Below, piece by piece: positions 12,101-24,926 of a stretch of DNA of 64,000 nucleotides; the first letter of the stretch is position 1; every line of letters begins with the position of its first letter. The stretch is from Tubiluchus corallicola. Lineage: Eukaryota > Animalia > Priapulida. Location: contig JAQGDQ010000027.1 of the NCBI GenBank assembly GCA_030141605.1, positions 558,001 to 622,000 on the forward strand. Direction: 5' to 3'. The notes below the pieces were generated by a model. It was not told the origin of the DNA. It saw nothing but the letters and a program-made list of their open reading frames with translations, and did no database searches. Position numbers and translations under genes: made by a program.

Positions 12101-14558
12101 CTGCTCATTCCTCTGCGGAGCATTGCACCCAAAATTAAGTTCTTGGAAGTTAGTGCCACCTAAATTCGAAGCAGGAGTACAATTCACATCCTGCTGCAGT
12201 GCATTATTTGTATCTAATTGGTCACGATTAGAAGGAATAAAATTCACATTTTGCATGCCAGTCACACCGAGTGAGTTTTGCACACCAGTCACGCCGAGCG
12301 AGTTTTGCACGCCAGTCACACCAAGCGAGTTTTGCACACTAGTCACACCGAGTGAGTTTTGCACGCCAGTCACATCGAGTGAGTTTTGCACGCCAGTCAC
12401 ACCGAGCGAGTTTTGCACGCCAGTCACACTGAGCGAATTGTTTCCAGCAACATGACTAGCCTGGTTCGGAATATACACATTCTTGGAAAGCGCATTCTGC
12501 TGTACCACAGTTGTGCCATTCGATGCAGGCGACTGTAACTGCACACTGCCACCATGCGAGTTCCATAGAGCATTCGTTGTTCCCAGACCAGCAGATGCCA
12601 GTACAGTTGCACTTTGATGAGTGATGTTTTGTTGCTGCTGTTGTAAAGCAGGGGACACATTTGCATATGGCTGTTGCACAGTGTAGTTTTCTTTTCTCAC
12701 ATCTCCACATCCTGACGCTGACAATACATTTGCTAAAACCTGTCACAAAGTAAAAAGAACCATATTTAAGGTAATTAATCTTAGAAATGCAAACAGTTTA
12801 ATCTAGCTTTCAAAAGTAGAATAATGAGGCAATTCCTGTAAAAGAGGGAGTTGTGTTCCTCAGATCTATCTATCTATTGAATATTTATCAATTTCACTAG
12901 GCCCTAACATTGACATTCGCATAATGTGTTTAACTATTTATTTCATTGTAATGAAAGGAAGTTACATCATCAACTAAACAGGTACTAAGAAGTAAAACGT
13001 AAAGACATGCAAACATTACCGAACTCACTGAAGACAGTTGATAATTTTCAGCAATAAAAGAAAATTTAAATTTACACCTTATTTGAAATAAAAATCATTT
13101 TTTCTTTTTTATAGTCATACTTTGTAGTTTTACGTAATGCTTAGTAATTTATTTTGGAATTAAAATTTGTTTAGATAACACTAAACTCATGTTAGCTTAT
13201 AGTTTATACATTTGTAAACCAAACTAGCCAACAGTAAATTTGCAGATCTTTGATAACACATCAGAAATGGTACGTAGTGTTCTGAAATGCTTGTACATCT
13301 ATATGCTACAAGTGCTTTGCAAGCAATATTACGCAAATTCTGGATGAAACCTTGAGAAACTGACCAGGTGTTAAAATGCTACCTTTGATCCCTGCCTCGG
13401 AGAAGGAAAAACCTATAATTTACAGAACAGAAATGGGACATCGCCTATAATGTACCAAAATATGTTTGAATATATCAGCATATAAATATTGATTTGATAT
13501 TGATGCCCTCTGTATCTGTAGAAATATAACCAACACTACTACAAGTGCTATCATTGAACAACTACAAGTATTACTCTTTAAAGTATTAAACAAACTGTAT
13601 TAATGATTTTATTTGGCTATATTCTATCTAATTTGTTTAATGTGCACCATACATAGTTTTTGTATAAAAACAAGTATGGCTGCAATGTACCAAACTCAAT
13701 TTTTACACTTTGTATCGAATCTCAGAACTTTACCATTGTTGAAAAAACCAATCCATCTGCTGGGTTTTATTAGTTTTTTACGTGGTGCTTGTTTTACTCA
13801 GGTTTGCCAATTTGCTATAGATGTTTTTCAGTTTGAAGTGCAATCTTTCGTATAGTATGTGCATAAAGATAGAAAGATCTGAGTAATGGCACTGGAAAGA
13901 CATGGATTGTCAGCAACTGCTTTGCTAAAATTTGTCATTCTCATTAAGTAATATAAGTTACCCAAGATTAGGCCACTGATTGCACAACTTGTTACAGTTA
14001 TCAAGTTCCCAAGCAAGTAAATTAGTGTAACAGAATAAACAATTACACATGTACTCTATACAAAGATGTACACAAAAATATTTAATATAACTAATAAAAG
14101 TTCTGGATATCCTCAAACATGTACAGGATATGCACCATTTGTAAGAATATGGCACTACATGCTAGTGGACATGAGAACACAATAATTTTATATTACTTAC
14201 ATCATTGTTATGTCCACCAGACGGATTTGTTAAAAAAACATCTAATGCTTGAGGATCACTAAAAAGTAAAAAAGTATTTATCACAATACAACAAACAAAA
14301 CATCTCATTCTTACTCCAAAATTCGTTTCATTTACAAATAATTTAACAATGGTAACAATACTGAAGAATCTTAAGTTAAGCAGCTTGTTGCTTTATTGAT
14401 AATTCTGTATATTTAAATAAATATGTTTATATAAAAAATGATAACAATAAACAACATAGATACAAAGTTACAAACAAGATATGAATGTTATAATGCATAT
14501 TGTAAATGGTAAATTGATCTTACTCTATGACATCTAATAAACATTTTCCATCGTCCAT
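112..14558 (-). CDS. BICRA: BRD4-interacting chromatin-remodelling complex-associated protein (BICRA/BICRAL, GLTSCR1 family; ncBAF/GBAF subunit), 10 coding exons, about 1501 aa
   Basis: Phase-consistent GT-AG exons: 14558-14524, 14258-14201, 12739-10775, 7922-7713, 6801-6493, 6364-6243, 5878-5730, 5596-5502, 4645-4537, 1565-112 (4506 nt). The spliced N-terminus [21 protein letters not shown] matches the BICRA/BICRAL N-terminal motif. A long Q/S/T/V-rich low-complexity region follows. Exons 7-9 give the GLTSCR1 domain ([30 protein letters not shown]...[51 protein letters not shown]). C-terminal VQSAITSIL and LDEAVRSIL motifs are present. There is an in-frame TGA upstream of the ATG. Confidence 0.9.
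2230..3276 (-). mobile_element. Decayed CR1/L2-group LINE reverse-transcriptase fragment (in BICRA intron 9)
   Basis: [40 protein letters not shown]...GVPQG, then FADDT, and C-terminal KLWNSLP; stops and frameshifts present. Confidence 0.85.
3290..3571 (-). mobile_element. Myb/SANT-like (trihelix) DNA-binding-domain remnant, probably PIF/Harbinger-derived
   Basis: [20 protein letters not shown]...KNMKQRYVKVK pattern typical of Myb/SANT-like ORFs; frameshifted and abutting the LINE fragment. Confidence 0.5.
4646..4741. repeat. 3 x 33-bp tandem repeat that triplicates the BICRA exon 9 splice acceptor
   Basis: ctgcacaYRagaaaagcttaYaagaatt units start at 4646, 4679 and 4712; each reads ...gcttttYtYRtgtgcag on the gene strand. 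Confidence 0.85.
5190..5337. repeat. Intronic tandem duplication, 2 x about 73 bp
   Basis: gaggcacattgatgatg...ggaaaagactaattctc starts at 5190 and again at 5263. Confidence 0.9.
8827..10716 (+). mobile_element. Decayed hAT (Buster/SPIN/Charlie group, GTF2IRD2-like) DNA transposon; transposase pseudogene in BICRA intron 3, antisense
   Basis: BED-like N-terminus ([11 protein letters not shown]...[20 protein letters not shown]), first catalytic D (LVLDESND), TTDG, CIIHQE, RW motif and C-terminal [10 protein letters not shown], split over several frames (8827-10584). The right TIR aaaagtttgcccactcctg ends at 10716, followed by tacTAtca (nnnTAnnn Buster-type target). Left TIR not found. Confidence 0.9.
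12250..12440 (-). repeat. 27-bp coding minisatellite in BICRA exon 3, (VQNSLGVTG) x about 7
   Basis: Repeated ccagtcacaccgagtgagttttgcacg units, in frame in the 655-aa ORF. Confidence 0.9.
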
Positions 14559-15836
14559 GTTTTGTTGACTTTTTCTTCTTCATCGTCTGCAAGACAGCAA
14601 GACAGCAAGAGGTATCGGATAAGTTTTTAACATACCGAGAAAGTTATGAAACAGCAGAATGGGCAAAAAATTAACTTTTGCTAAGGCAGTTTGTATTCAC
14701 ATTGCACTAACAATTACAATGCGGTGATTGATAAACATGTTTCTAAAATTTCTGAACAAAAATCTTTCAAAAGACATTTTAAAAATGTTTCAATGAAGAA
14801 GCTGACTATGACGTTGAATGCCGAACAGCTATCACATCCCAATTATTACTTGCTAATAATATTTATATGGCATGCTCGACCATCAGCAAAGTTTTAGAAA
14901 AAAAATCCATTAACCTTAGAAGTTCTGAATATAAACACAAATGCTACAATTTAACTGTTTTCTAGAAACAAGAAAATAAAAGTAGCTTGACGGCACAAGT
15001 TTCATTTATAAGGTATTTTTCACAGAATAATGAAAGGCTATTAAAATGGATATGTTAATATATTTGTACAAGTCTCGTGCATTTTAAGGATTTTTATATC
15101 GGTTGTCTATAAAAGTTGTTGTGTCAAGGTTGAGTTATCAATGAACTAAACCTATATAAATTTTTTTAATAAGATTGGGCTTTGCATGTACTGTAATTGT
15201 TATGATGCTTAAGCTTCAGAAAGTAACAATATGGATAAAACTGTCACCACACCTGAAACTGTGAACTAGTACTAGTAAAATAATTAATGTACATAAAATT
15301 TATAATTAAGCACAATGGGTGTGTATTTTGAATTTACTATAATTACAAGTATAAAATTAAAGAACAAAGAGGCCTAGTTGTTCACAGTTCTTGGTCTAAT
15401 ACTGTATTTAAAATGGAATAACTGTGCTGACAGACCAAATTTTTAAAATTAACCTGTAAAGCGGTGCTTGGGGTAAACACAAAAATCGCTAAAAATTGAT
15501 TAATTATGGTAATTAATTACAATGGAAGATATAAAAAGAGGCCTAGTCATCAAAGATGGAGCCCGTTTAAAAATAAATTAACTTTGCAAAATTTAAAGCA
15601 AAATATATTCAGACAGTTAATAACGGAAAGAAAAGTACGCGCACTAGACTGTTGACGAGCTGTAAACAAAGAGACGTTTAGGCCGAAATATAAAATCTCA
15701 TGGCACGCTTCAGCCATGACAATAAAAGAGCAAATTATTGCCCCGAAGCCATACTTTTGGGAAATAAACGTAACTACAGCAACACAGTACTATTTACTAT
15801 AAATTTATCAATCAACTACACACAGAAAATACTAAC

Positions 15837-16110
15837 CCGTCGTTCTTGCGTACCACTGATAAGTGGGGTTTAAAAGACTAATTTCAGGGTTCGCTTGCGC
15901 AACTTTTCATGGTCACATATGATTTTCGATGTTTTTCGAATTTGTTAGCTTTGAACAACATTATCAGTTTTGTTGTCTGTTTGTATATCATTAACATTCG
16001 TTATGCATTCCACTATGTTACGTGAAATAGTACGATAATCGTAAAAGAAAGACAAAAATTTTTACTCTAATGGTTTTAACGCGCATCCTGACGTCACGCA
16101 CTAGGAATTT
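15837..16110 (-). promoter_or_regulatory. Putative promoter and non-coding first exon of the BICRA-like gene
   Basis: Donor-like CGG|GTTAGT at 15837/15836 on the minus strand, perfect CRE palindrome TGACGTCA at 16089-16096, and locally more CpG. The 5' UTR acceptor lies at 14587. Inference only. Confidence 0.3.
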
Positions 16111-17804
16111 GTAAAATGCGGAATGAAGTTTTAACGGAATTGTAGCACGCTGATTGCTGAGCAGTCATTAGTCTGTGAAACTGGCCAGCCGTTAGCCACG
16201 AGTTAATTATAAGATTATACGCTTATTTATAGCAACAGTGACGTATTTCACTCGACAATTCGTTGTTTTTAACAGTGGATAGCGTCTCATACATTACTTT
16301 ATTTTTTCGATTGCCTTTTCTAATGGTGGAAAATTTCGAGTTTGTTTATTTGTGTGTTTACACATTATTCTGACAAATTTTAATGTTTGATGACTGCTGT
16401 ATGCCATTGCATATAAGTCATGTTAAATTTGTACCCCAGTGGCAATTTGTTTCATTAGCAGTTTTCAAGTACGCCTACGTGTCTATGCTACTTATTTTAT
16501 TGATTTATTTATTCACTTATTTATTTCTTTATTTATTTTTATTTTGTCGTAATCCATATAATTTTTTTTAGTATATAGGCCGAAATTTAATATGGTAAAA
16601 AACAGTAGTAAAATACAAAATAAAATCACAGCAATTACGTAATATAAAATACAATAAAAAGAGCACACAAGTATAATTAGCTGAAATATATTTACAAGTC
16701 GGATTGCAAGTTAAGTCACGGTAATTACGATGTTATAATATATTTGTGTATACATCAAGTGACAAAGAAGACATTACATGCTTACATATGCTGATCATAT
16801 TGGCTGGTCTGTTTTTGTTTTGCATGTTTTTTTAATGTTTTGCAAAAGCTTTACTATTTAAACGATTAATATCATATCATAATTAATAAAAAAAGAGAAA
16901 TGACTTGCCGAAAGCGCACCATGCAAAGCCTCCTTAAAGACAGTGAATGAGTTTTTCTCATTAGAAATCCGAAAAACAACTTAAAATCATTACCACTGGA
17001 GAATTTGTCTGAAGACACAAACGTTAACATAATGGCTACTTTTCAGGTTGGGTAGAGCCGGGTATTTTGCTATTAATCGTGTGTGTCTGTGCCTTTATGC
17101 CCGCCACAGCTGTCCTACGAAGCCGAAACTTTTAATTCACGGTGACAGAATTATTACGATTTACATGTTTATTACGATATAATCAAGAATACGGACAGCT
17201 TCGGTCCCCAAATACACCCAGAGGCCGTTGATGCACCCTGTTAGTAGATCTGCTCCGCTAAATAGGTTACGTGCGCTGAGTTTTCCCAAAGGATTCGCGT
17301 GTCTTGCCTGCTTACAAAATACATGTAAGTATGTGCACAAGTTTGCGTTACGAGAAGCTAAAGCACGTTTGCTCAGCAAATTCACGTACGTACCTGTCTT
17401 AAGGTCCGCGTAAGCAAATTTTCTTTTCTGTCGTAAGTACATTGTTAGGTGTGATTCAGTTTTTAGACACAAAGGCGCGTTTTAGTGAATCGCATCTAAA
17501 TCTTGCATAAGTAGTCAATTCTATGCCGTTTCGGATCTTTCAGCCTTTGACAACCAATCAGCGCTTAGGGAACTTTGGGATTTATGTGAGCTCGATCTGC
17601 AGCGCTCGGTGAATTTGCGTTTGCGTTGGACATGGTTAAAGTGCTTTTACATAACAATTGTTAGTTTGGTGAACACATCGTGTGTCAAAAATTTTAAGAT
17701 AATTAAATTACGGCTGACAACATTTATAAGAAAACTATGCTCAATATAATGTCATATAATTGCACAGGGCTATCATCGCTAGAAACAAACTTCATCAGTT
17801 CATT

Positions 17805-18643
17805 CAGGGCCGCATTAATCCATAAGCGAACTAAGCACGTGCTAAGGACACCTAGGCTTAGAGGGCACCAAGTAGGTAAGAAAAACAGTTAAAATTTTAA
17901 TGAAATATGTTAAAGACTATAAAAGCCTTTCACAGTTTAAAATGTGAAGAAGAGAGCTGCAGGAGAATGAGGCACTTTAGTTGGGTTGTTTTTCATATCA
18001 TAGCATAGCACGGTAATAGGGTCTTCACCTTTTATCGACATGTTTCCACCTGTTATGGCAAGTTGGCACAACACTGGCACACCCGTGTGCGCACTGGGTA
18101 ATTAAACAAAAGGAATCTGCACGTCCGGCAGATTAGGAGCTGACTGGGGGCTGGCATGGCTATCTTACTATTTATACCGTGTCTGTGTTTAATATTTAAT
18201 AAATGTGCAGTTTTATAAATTAAGCTTTGGTAGTTTGCCATGTCCTTTGTGGCTGTTCACCAGCGATCACGAGGCACACAGCTACCACAGCACAAGCAAC
18301 AATAAATACCAGCTATAAACACTATAATCAGCAAACATTTTTTCTACTGTGAATGCAGTGAAACTGTTCAGTCTGATATCGTATATCCACGTTTCAACGT
18401 CTTTTACTGATCGCTTGTTTGTTTGTTTTGTAATTTCAGTTTATCGTATCCAGCAAGTATCTGTAATAAAACATTAAACATTTCATACAGGTTTTCAATT
18501 TCTAGTACTTCAAGCCCTCAACGCTTTTTGGCTGGAACTAGCGTATTATACGAAGCATAATACATCAATCTTCAGCTGATGTAGGGTAGAGGGCAAGACT
18601 AACAATTTTCTAATTGGGCCCCGCACTTCCCAGTACCCATCCT
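17805..18643. mobile_element. Possible non-autonomous hAT-like element
   Basis: Starts with a CAGGGCCG terminal-like motif at 17805; degenerate ttgggccccgcac... end near 18615-18643; TSD not confirmed. Confidence 0.3.
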
Positions 18644-18689
18644 AAAGAGTCAGACCACAATAAAGTTCGCCAGTAGTGTGCAATCAAAA

Positions 18690-20000
18690 CACGTTAGGTA
18701 ACGGTTGTAAATCATGTAAACTTGCCGCCACTGTTGGTATAAAACAGGGTAGCGTGCTGTCTGTTATTCTGTTCACAATTTATAAAGGGGTACCTGAAGT
18801 AGGTTTCAGAAAAATCACCTTAAAATTATGTTACTTTATAACAATTTTACACGTATATCTTACTCGCGTTGAAAGGATTTTTTGTTTGTTTTCATTTTAA
18901 ATTTCCCGCAATACTGTTCCGACGGCGCCTTTACATGACGTCATATACGAGCTACGTAAATCAGGTCAAGAAAAGGAAATGTTAAACTATGTCCCCAAAA
19001 ACGTTCCATTCACAGCATTAATGATACTTAGCATTTTGCTTACCTGCTTGAAAGACTTATGTAACTAGAAAAGAAAATTACTAAATTTAAAATGCTTTCA
19101 CCATTCACCCTCCAGGGTGCACAGCTCACTAACCAAAAACATATTTTTAATCTTATTGACAAGATACAGTAATTTAAAAATTTTCTTAGCTAGTAACATG
19201 TGCGCCATAAAGACTCTGATTATTTTTTCAAACTTTACTCAGTGTTATCTAAACTTGTTTCAAATGACTTATCGTCAAAAAGGCTACGTCTAACGGTCAT
19301 CACTGGAAGTTAAATTTTCAAGTTTTACACAGCGTTACTGCCGACGCAAGTCCTGTGTGCAAAACGGCAGTGCGTAAAAGCTATAAAAGTTCAAGACGAA
19401 TTTTTGAGCTTTATGTAAGTGGAGGGGTTTCTTGTGCTTTAATATCTATGTAGCATATGCAAATAGTCATGATAATGTGCTTCAATATTGCGAAAACCAA
19501 AGGGATAATATTCGGAAAATATAATTTTGTCGACATGCCTGAAATGTGTAAAAAGCTAAAATGGTACAGTAGTGTTACTCGTTTAGGGCACAAGTTAACT
19601 AACAATCTCGATCAATAGCCTGATATTGCTAGATGTAAGAATGATTTTATCAAATTAGTAAATTCCATTGTATGCTTTTTCAAATCAGTTAAAAATAAAC
19701 GTGTGATCCTCAAGCTTTTTTGGTCATTCTTCTGCTCGTTCTATGGCAGCTCTATACTTGAGTTACCAGACAAGAGTGTTAAACCTCTAGAGCTATTGAT
19801 TTAAGGAAAGCTTTGCGCGGATTTTAGACACTGTACTTCATATAATTCACAAACAAGTGTGACTCATTGAATTGCTGGTGTAACTACCATTCACTGTTAT
19901 AATTGCAAAACGTATGTAAACATTTTACAGTCGTGTAAAAATTATGCAAGATCTATGTGTAACATTTTTGCTATTTCAAATTCGGGTGTAATTTTTTGTC
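18690..20000 (+). mobile_element. Interrupted LINE (L2/CR1-group) RT remnants
   Basis: GIKQGSVLSVILFTIY at about 18735-18783. After an unrelated insert of about 650 bp comes degenerate RT C-terminal sequence (...LGHKLTNNLD...KLFWSFFCSFYGS). Confidence 0.55.
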
Positions 20001-20109
20001 ATGGTACACTATTATATTTATTTTGATTTTGACATCATCTATTTCATCTTTGGTTCTTGCTATCCATGCAATATCATCAGCATATTGCAGGTCTATGGTT
20101 GTAGGGAAT

Positions 20110-20810
20110 TTCGTTTTACTAGCATAATAACAAAATTAAAAGAAATGGATCTCATACTAAATAAAGATAAAACAGAAGAGTATCACATAAAAATGAATGG
20201 AGATGATGCGTGGAGGAAATGCAGGTGCTTAGGCAGTCTTCTAGCAACAGATGAAGATGTATCAAGAGGAAAAATCCTAGCACTGGCTGCATATTCCAAA
20301 TTAACAAAACATTTTGAAAATAAGAGGATCAGTTTCGATACCTAATTAAGAATCTTTGCTGCACTTGTGGAAACTGTGTTTCTCTGAATTATGGACAATT
20401 AAAGCACAACACGAATCAGAAAGTAATGCATTTCAAAAAAGAAACTACAGGAACATTCTAGGGATAAAATGGCCAAACAAAATATCAAACCAGGATCTGT
20501 ACAATAAAGTCAAAGCAGAGGAATGGACAATTAAAATCAAAAGGAGAAGATAAAGATGGATAGGACTTGTTATACGATAACCAGATGACAGTCCATTAAA
20601 GTTAGCTTTCAAAGAAGCACTGCAGAAAGAAAAGAAACCGCAAGGAGGACAGCTGCTGACTTATATCAATTTCATCCAAAAAGACCTTATCAACACACCT
20701 TTAGATATCAAAAATGCAGAGACATGGGAGGTTGCAGGTGACAGGGCAGCATGGAGTAAAGTGATCAGCAGGGTCATGTTGAACGACGTGTGACTCCAGA
20801 GATGATGATG
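20110..20810 (+). mobile_element. RTE-clade LINE 3' fragment
   Basis: LILNKDKTE...LGSLL, ELWTI...RNILGIKWPNKISNQDLY...IKRRR*RWIGLVIR, AGDRAAW, ending in a (gat)n tail at about 20800. Confidence 0.85.
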
Positions 20811-21877
20811 TTATTGTATTTGTGCAATTAAATCGAATTGAATTTAATTGATGTTACGCCAGTAAACGTGAACGTCATTGTCACGCAGGCGCGGCACTTA
20901 AATCATACATTTTTGACGAAGCACTTTACCCGTAATAAAATGTGGAACAATACATTAGTTTATGTGAATTTTTCCCATTTCTTGCTAACATTTTGCTCGT
21001 GTAATAGTTTCAAAATAGAGTAAAACAAGACAGAATAAAAAGCCCACAAGACATTTACAATGAGTCGCGTAGAAGTTGAACAGCAATGGTAGCTGATTTA
21101 TAACCTGAATGTATCTATGTTGCTAATGTTGCAGTTGCTGTTGCTCTCTTACTGTTATTTTCGTTGTTGGCAGTGTTATTATATGCATTTTTTTTTAGCT
21201 TTGTTCTTCCTTTTTTCATTTGTGTCATTGACGCCATTAATGACAGATAAAACAAGATTATTGTAGGCCCTAATGATGATTATCATTATCAACATCATTA
21301 TCATCATCATTATCATGGTCATTGTCATCGTCATTATCTTCATCAACAATCATAAAGGCAAAAACGAAGTCTAAAATTTAATGGTACACACTATTGCATA
21401 CCATTAATTTTCTCATCATCATTTTTATTGTCATTGTTATCATTATCATCAACATTGTCGTTACCGTCCATGTCACTGTCATCACCATGATTAACGTTAT
21501 GTTTTTCCATCACTAAACTAAAGAACAAAAGTCACACATTTATAATAACACCAACTGCAACAAAAAATCAATAAAAGCAGTGTTACAAGTGATTATTCTT
21601 GTAAACTATTTACAAACAAAAATGTTTACAAACTACAAATATTTGAAAAAACCGTATATTTGTTAATTCAGTAAAGCTTAGGAGTGTTGCTAGTTTTAAT
21701 GAAATAGATTTTTTTGTGCTGTGAACTCTTCTGGACACTTAGTGAATTGGTTTACAGAGCTTTTGTGATGATGAAGTAAAAGAGATATTGCTAAATCTGC
21801 AAATCAATTAAGTGTTACATTATTTGATTTTTTGTACATGGACACAATTATAAATGTTATTTACAAATCAATATAAT

Positions 21878-22495
21878 TCTAAATCTTCAGTATTCTTGGA
21901 TTTTTCAATCTTCAGTATTATACTTATCTTTTTTCTTCGTTATCATTCACATTCATTCTATTAATATCACGAGGACCCGGGATGGTAGCTTCTTTTTTTT
22001 TTATTCGTTCCACACTTGATTGCCATAGCTGCCATATTTCCTTCGTTCCATATGTCACCGAAGTCAGCGAACACTTTCTTTGGTTTTTTCATCCTGCGGG
22101 AAGTACTAGGAGGCACTGTTTTCATCTCTTCCTCGTTCCAAACGTCTGCCATGGTTTCTAAATCTTCAGTATTATACTTATCATCGTTATCATTCATCAT
22201 TCACATTCATTCTATTAATATCACTAGGACCCGCGATGGTATCGTGTTTTTTCTGATTCGTTCCACATGTGATTGCCATAGCTGCCATATCTCCTTCGTT
22301 CCATATGTCACCATAGTTGGCGAACACATTCATCGGTTTCTTCATCCTGTGGGGAGCACTAGGAGGCACTGTTTTCATATCTTTCTCGTTCCAAACATCT
22401 GCCATGGTTTCTAAATGTTCAGTATTATACTTATCTTTTTTCATCGTTATCACTCACATTCATTCTATTAATATCACTATGACCCGGGATGGTAG
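21878..22495 (-). repeat. About 252-bp tandem repeat (2.4 copies) with coding-like acidic content
   Basis: The unit marker aatcttcagtattatacttatc recurs at about 21908, 22160 and 22413; ORFs 21967..22200 and 22190..22453 are paralogous. Confidence 0.8.
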
Positions 22496-23329
22496 GTTAG
22501 ACCTCGTAAGAAGCTAGGTTAATAGTGTTTCTAATACACCATAAGTAATTGTTTAATTTGCTCGTTACATAATCAACCAAAAATTCACAATACAGATGGG
22601 CGAAACAGAACTGTCAGCATAAGGCGTCGTAAAGTGTTGACACCCCCTGGTAATAATAATTATTTTTAGCATACAAATAAATGGTAAATATAGACACTTA
22701 ATATAGGACATCTTTTCAGGAAACCAAATGAAACACCGGTAAGAATCCGCCTTTAATATACGTAACAAATGGGAAATAATCAAATGTCCTACATTATTAA
22801 AAACAGGCGGATTTTTCATATTCTACCCCATTTACATGCGTGCTACAATCTAGTTTTCTTTCATTCATGGCATAGCTGACCTATTATGATCATTTTAGCA
22901 CACTGGTAAACCCGAGTCTTGTAACCTGGGCGGTCAGCGATAGTCTTTGTGCAATGAGTATTAAACTACAGTCAAAACATTATAATACGACTTTTCCAGT
23001 TAAAATTGTTAGATTGACTGGACAAATATTTTACTGTTAGGCTCAAGTAAATAAAAATTACAGGATTCGATGAGTCGTACCCTCATAATTATTTGGCTAT
23101 TATGCATTACCTTGTGTTTAACATTGATCGCATTGTGTTACTCCACTCAAAACCTGCATGCTGCACACTGTGACAATCACTGTGTTATAACTATGCACAC
23201 TATTCAATGGTCATACCGTCGAGAAAAGTTCCAACGAAAAAAAATGAAAAGAAATAATTTTATTTGCTGAATTTTCTTCACAAGTAACTTCATCAACATA
23301 GAAAAACGCTATATTGCAATAATTATGCG

Positions 23330-23760
23330 AACGTCCCAGTTTAGGCGCAATTTTTTCGCATCTGTAATTTCACATTGCCTTCCTGCGTGTTCCTGCGTTT
23401 GCATAATTAATAAGGTATCAAGCAGGAAAATTGAGAATGGGAGAGGTTATATTACATCCGTAGCGACGCTAAAATAGACTTACGAGCTCTCCGGATTACT
23501 CGTAACTGTACGCACGTTTCTGCAATAGTTTTCAGTTTTGTAAATCGTACTTAAATCATCAAGTGCACGTAACTTACGCATGTTTGATTTCGATCGTAAG
23601 TGTGGCACGTGAAATGCACCTAAATGGCTTACGCATGCGGAATTTAAATGCACTTAGCGATTCATATTTACGAGTGATTCTTTACCATCATTGCGCATGT
23701 GCAAATTGTTCGTACGCACAAAGCGTGTGCTCAACACGATACATGAATCACAAGGCCCAG
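23330..23760. mobile_element. Possible Harbinger-type non-autonomous element remnant
   Basis: CpG-rich internal cttacg/cgtaa motifs and a terminal ...atgaatcacaaggccc end; a similar-looking stretch lies at 17215-17500. The second terminus was not identified. Confidence 0.3.
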
Positions 23761-24689
23761 AATCTTCAAAAAGAAAGCGCATTCAGATTTAGTTAACGTT
23801 TACAAGTGGTCAGCTTAAGCGCAGGAATTACTAAATCAGCTCTACTTGAAAAACTTAGCCTCATTTTAGGATTTTCTGCAGGCTGCCAGCCGCATCGCCA
23901 AAATGAATGCGCACGTATGTTTCAACGAACGGGTGGGTCTATACAATGTAAATTTATTTCTCATTCTCTTATAGAACATCTAGGCAGGAAATAAAAATGA
24001 AAAGTAAATATAAAAAACAAAATCCTCTTCAAAACGCTTGTTCTGTATTACTATAGCATCCAAACTGCAACAACTTCAGATCCCAAAAAATTATAAAATT
24101 AATCATGACCAATTTTAAAGTACAAAGTTCTAAAACGGAGTACGACAGGACTTACAACAATGGGACAATCCTTAAGGTAAAAAATTATATAGAGAAGCGA
24201 ACGGATGACTGCTAGTATTTATATAAAATGAAATGATACTCTACGAAATGTACAGTTGAAAAACTGGTGCTTTAGAAGCACCTTTTGTAAAGTTCGCTGA
24301 GCATCATGTACGCCCAAAATCAGAGTATAAATGAAGCCCTTGTTTAAAAGCGGTTGCAGAAAACCATACAGCTCACTTCTTGAGGCTTTAATTTATCGCC
24401 AATTGTAAAATAACGAACCACACCTACGTGCTGCGTGCAATATCAACAGAGTGGCACATTTCGACTAATTTCACCAAGTCTCGTTAAAGCGAGAGTTTTT
24501 GCTTATTTTGTGACTGGTAATTCAATTACGTCTAATGATGAAATAAAAAGTCGGGCGAGCATCCTATATTTTCCCACAGCATTCAGGCTCTAAGTGCATG
24601 TCAGAAAATTAATTAAACTAATAGGTTTTAATGAGCCATTATTAATACATTGAAAGCTTGATATTCAGTCGAATCTGCGCAAGATTCCT

Positions 24690-24926
24690 TATATAAACTT
24701 GATATTGAGTAGGTCAGTCTGTGTTACGCAGTTTGATTAATAGCTTGCGATGATGATGATGCGCATCGTGGGAGTATCCTACTCATATGATTTCGACCAC
24801 AACCAGTAGGGAGCGTGATATGTTCGCAGCATCTTCAGCTTTTGCACCGGAAGAACAATGCCAAGAACGTTTCGTGATTTAGGACAACCTTGAAACAAAA
24901 TTTTACTCGTAACCGAAAAGGTAAGC
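24690..24926 (+). promoter_or_regulatory. Candidate TATA/Inr promoter and non-coding first exon, possibly of the prepropeptide gene
   Basis: TATATAAA at 24690-24697, TCAGT initiator at 24714-24718, strong donor AAG|GTAAGC at 24920/24921, clustered TAAT homeodomain cores just upstream. The link to the 32140 acceptor is inferred. Confidence 0.3.

Noticed and set aside
12250-12440. CRISPR-like regular repeats
   Set aside because: Head-to-tail units without unique spacers, inside a eukaryotic exon; no cas genes.
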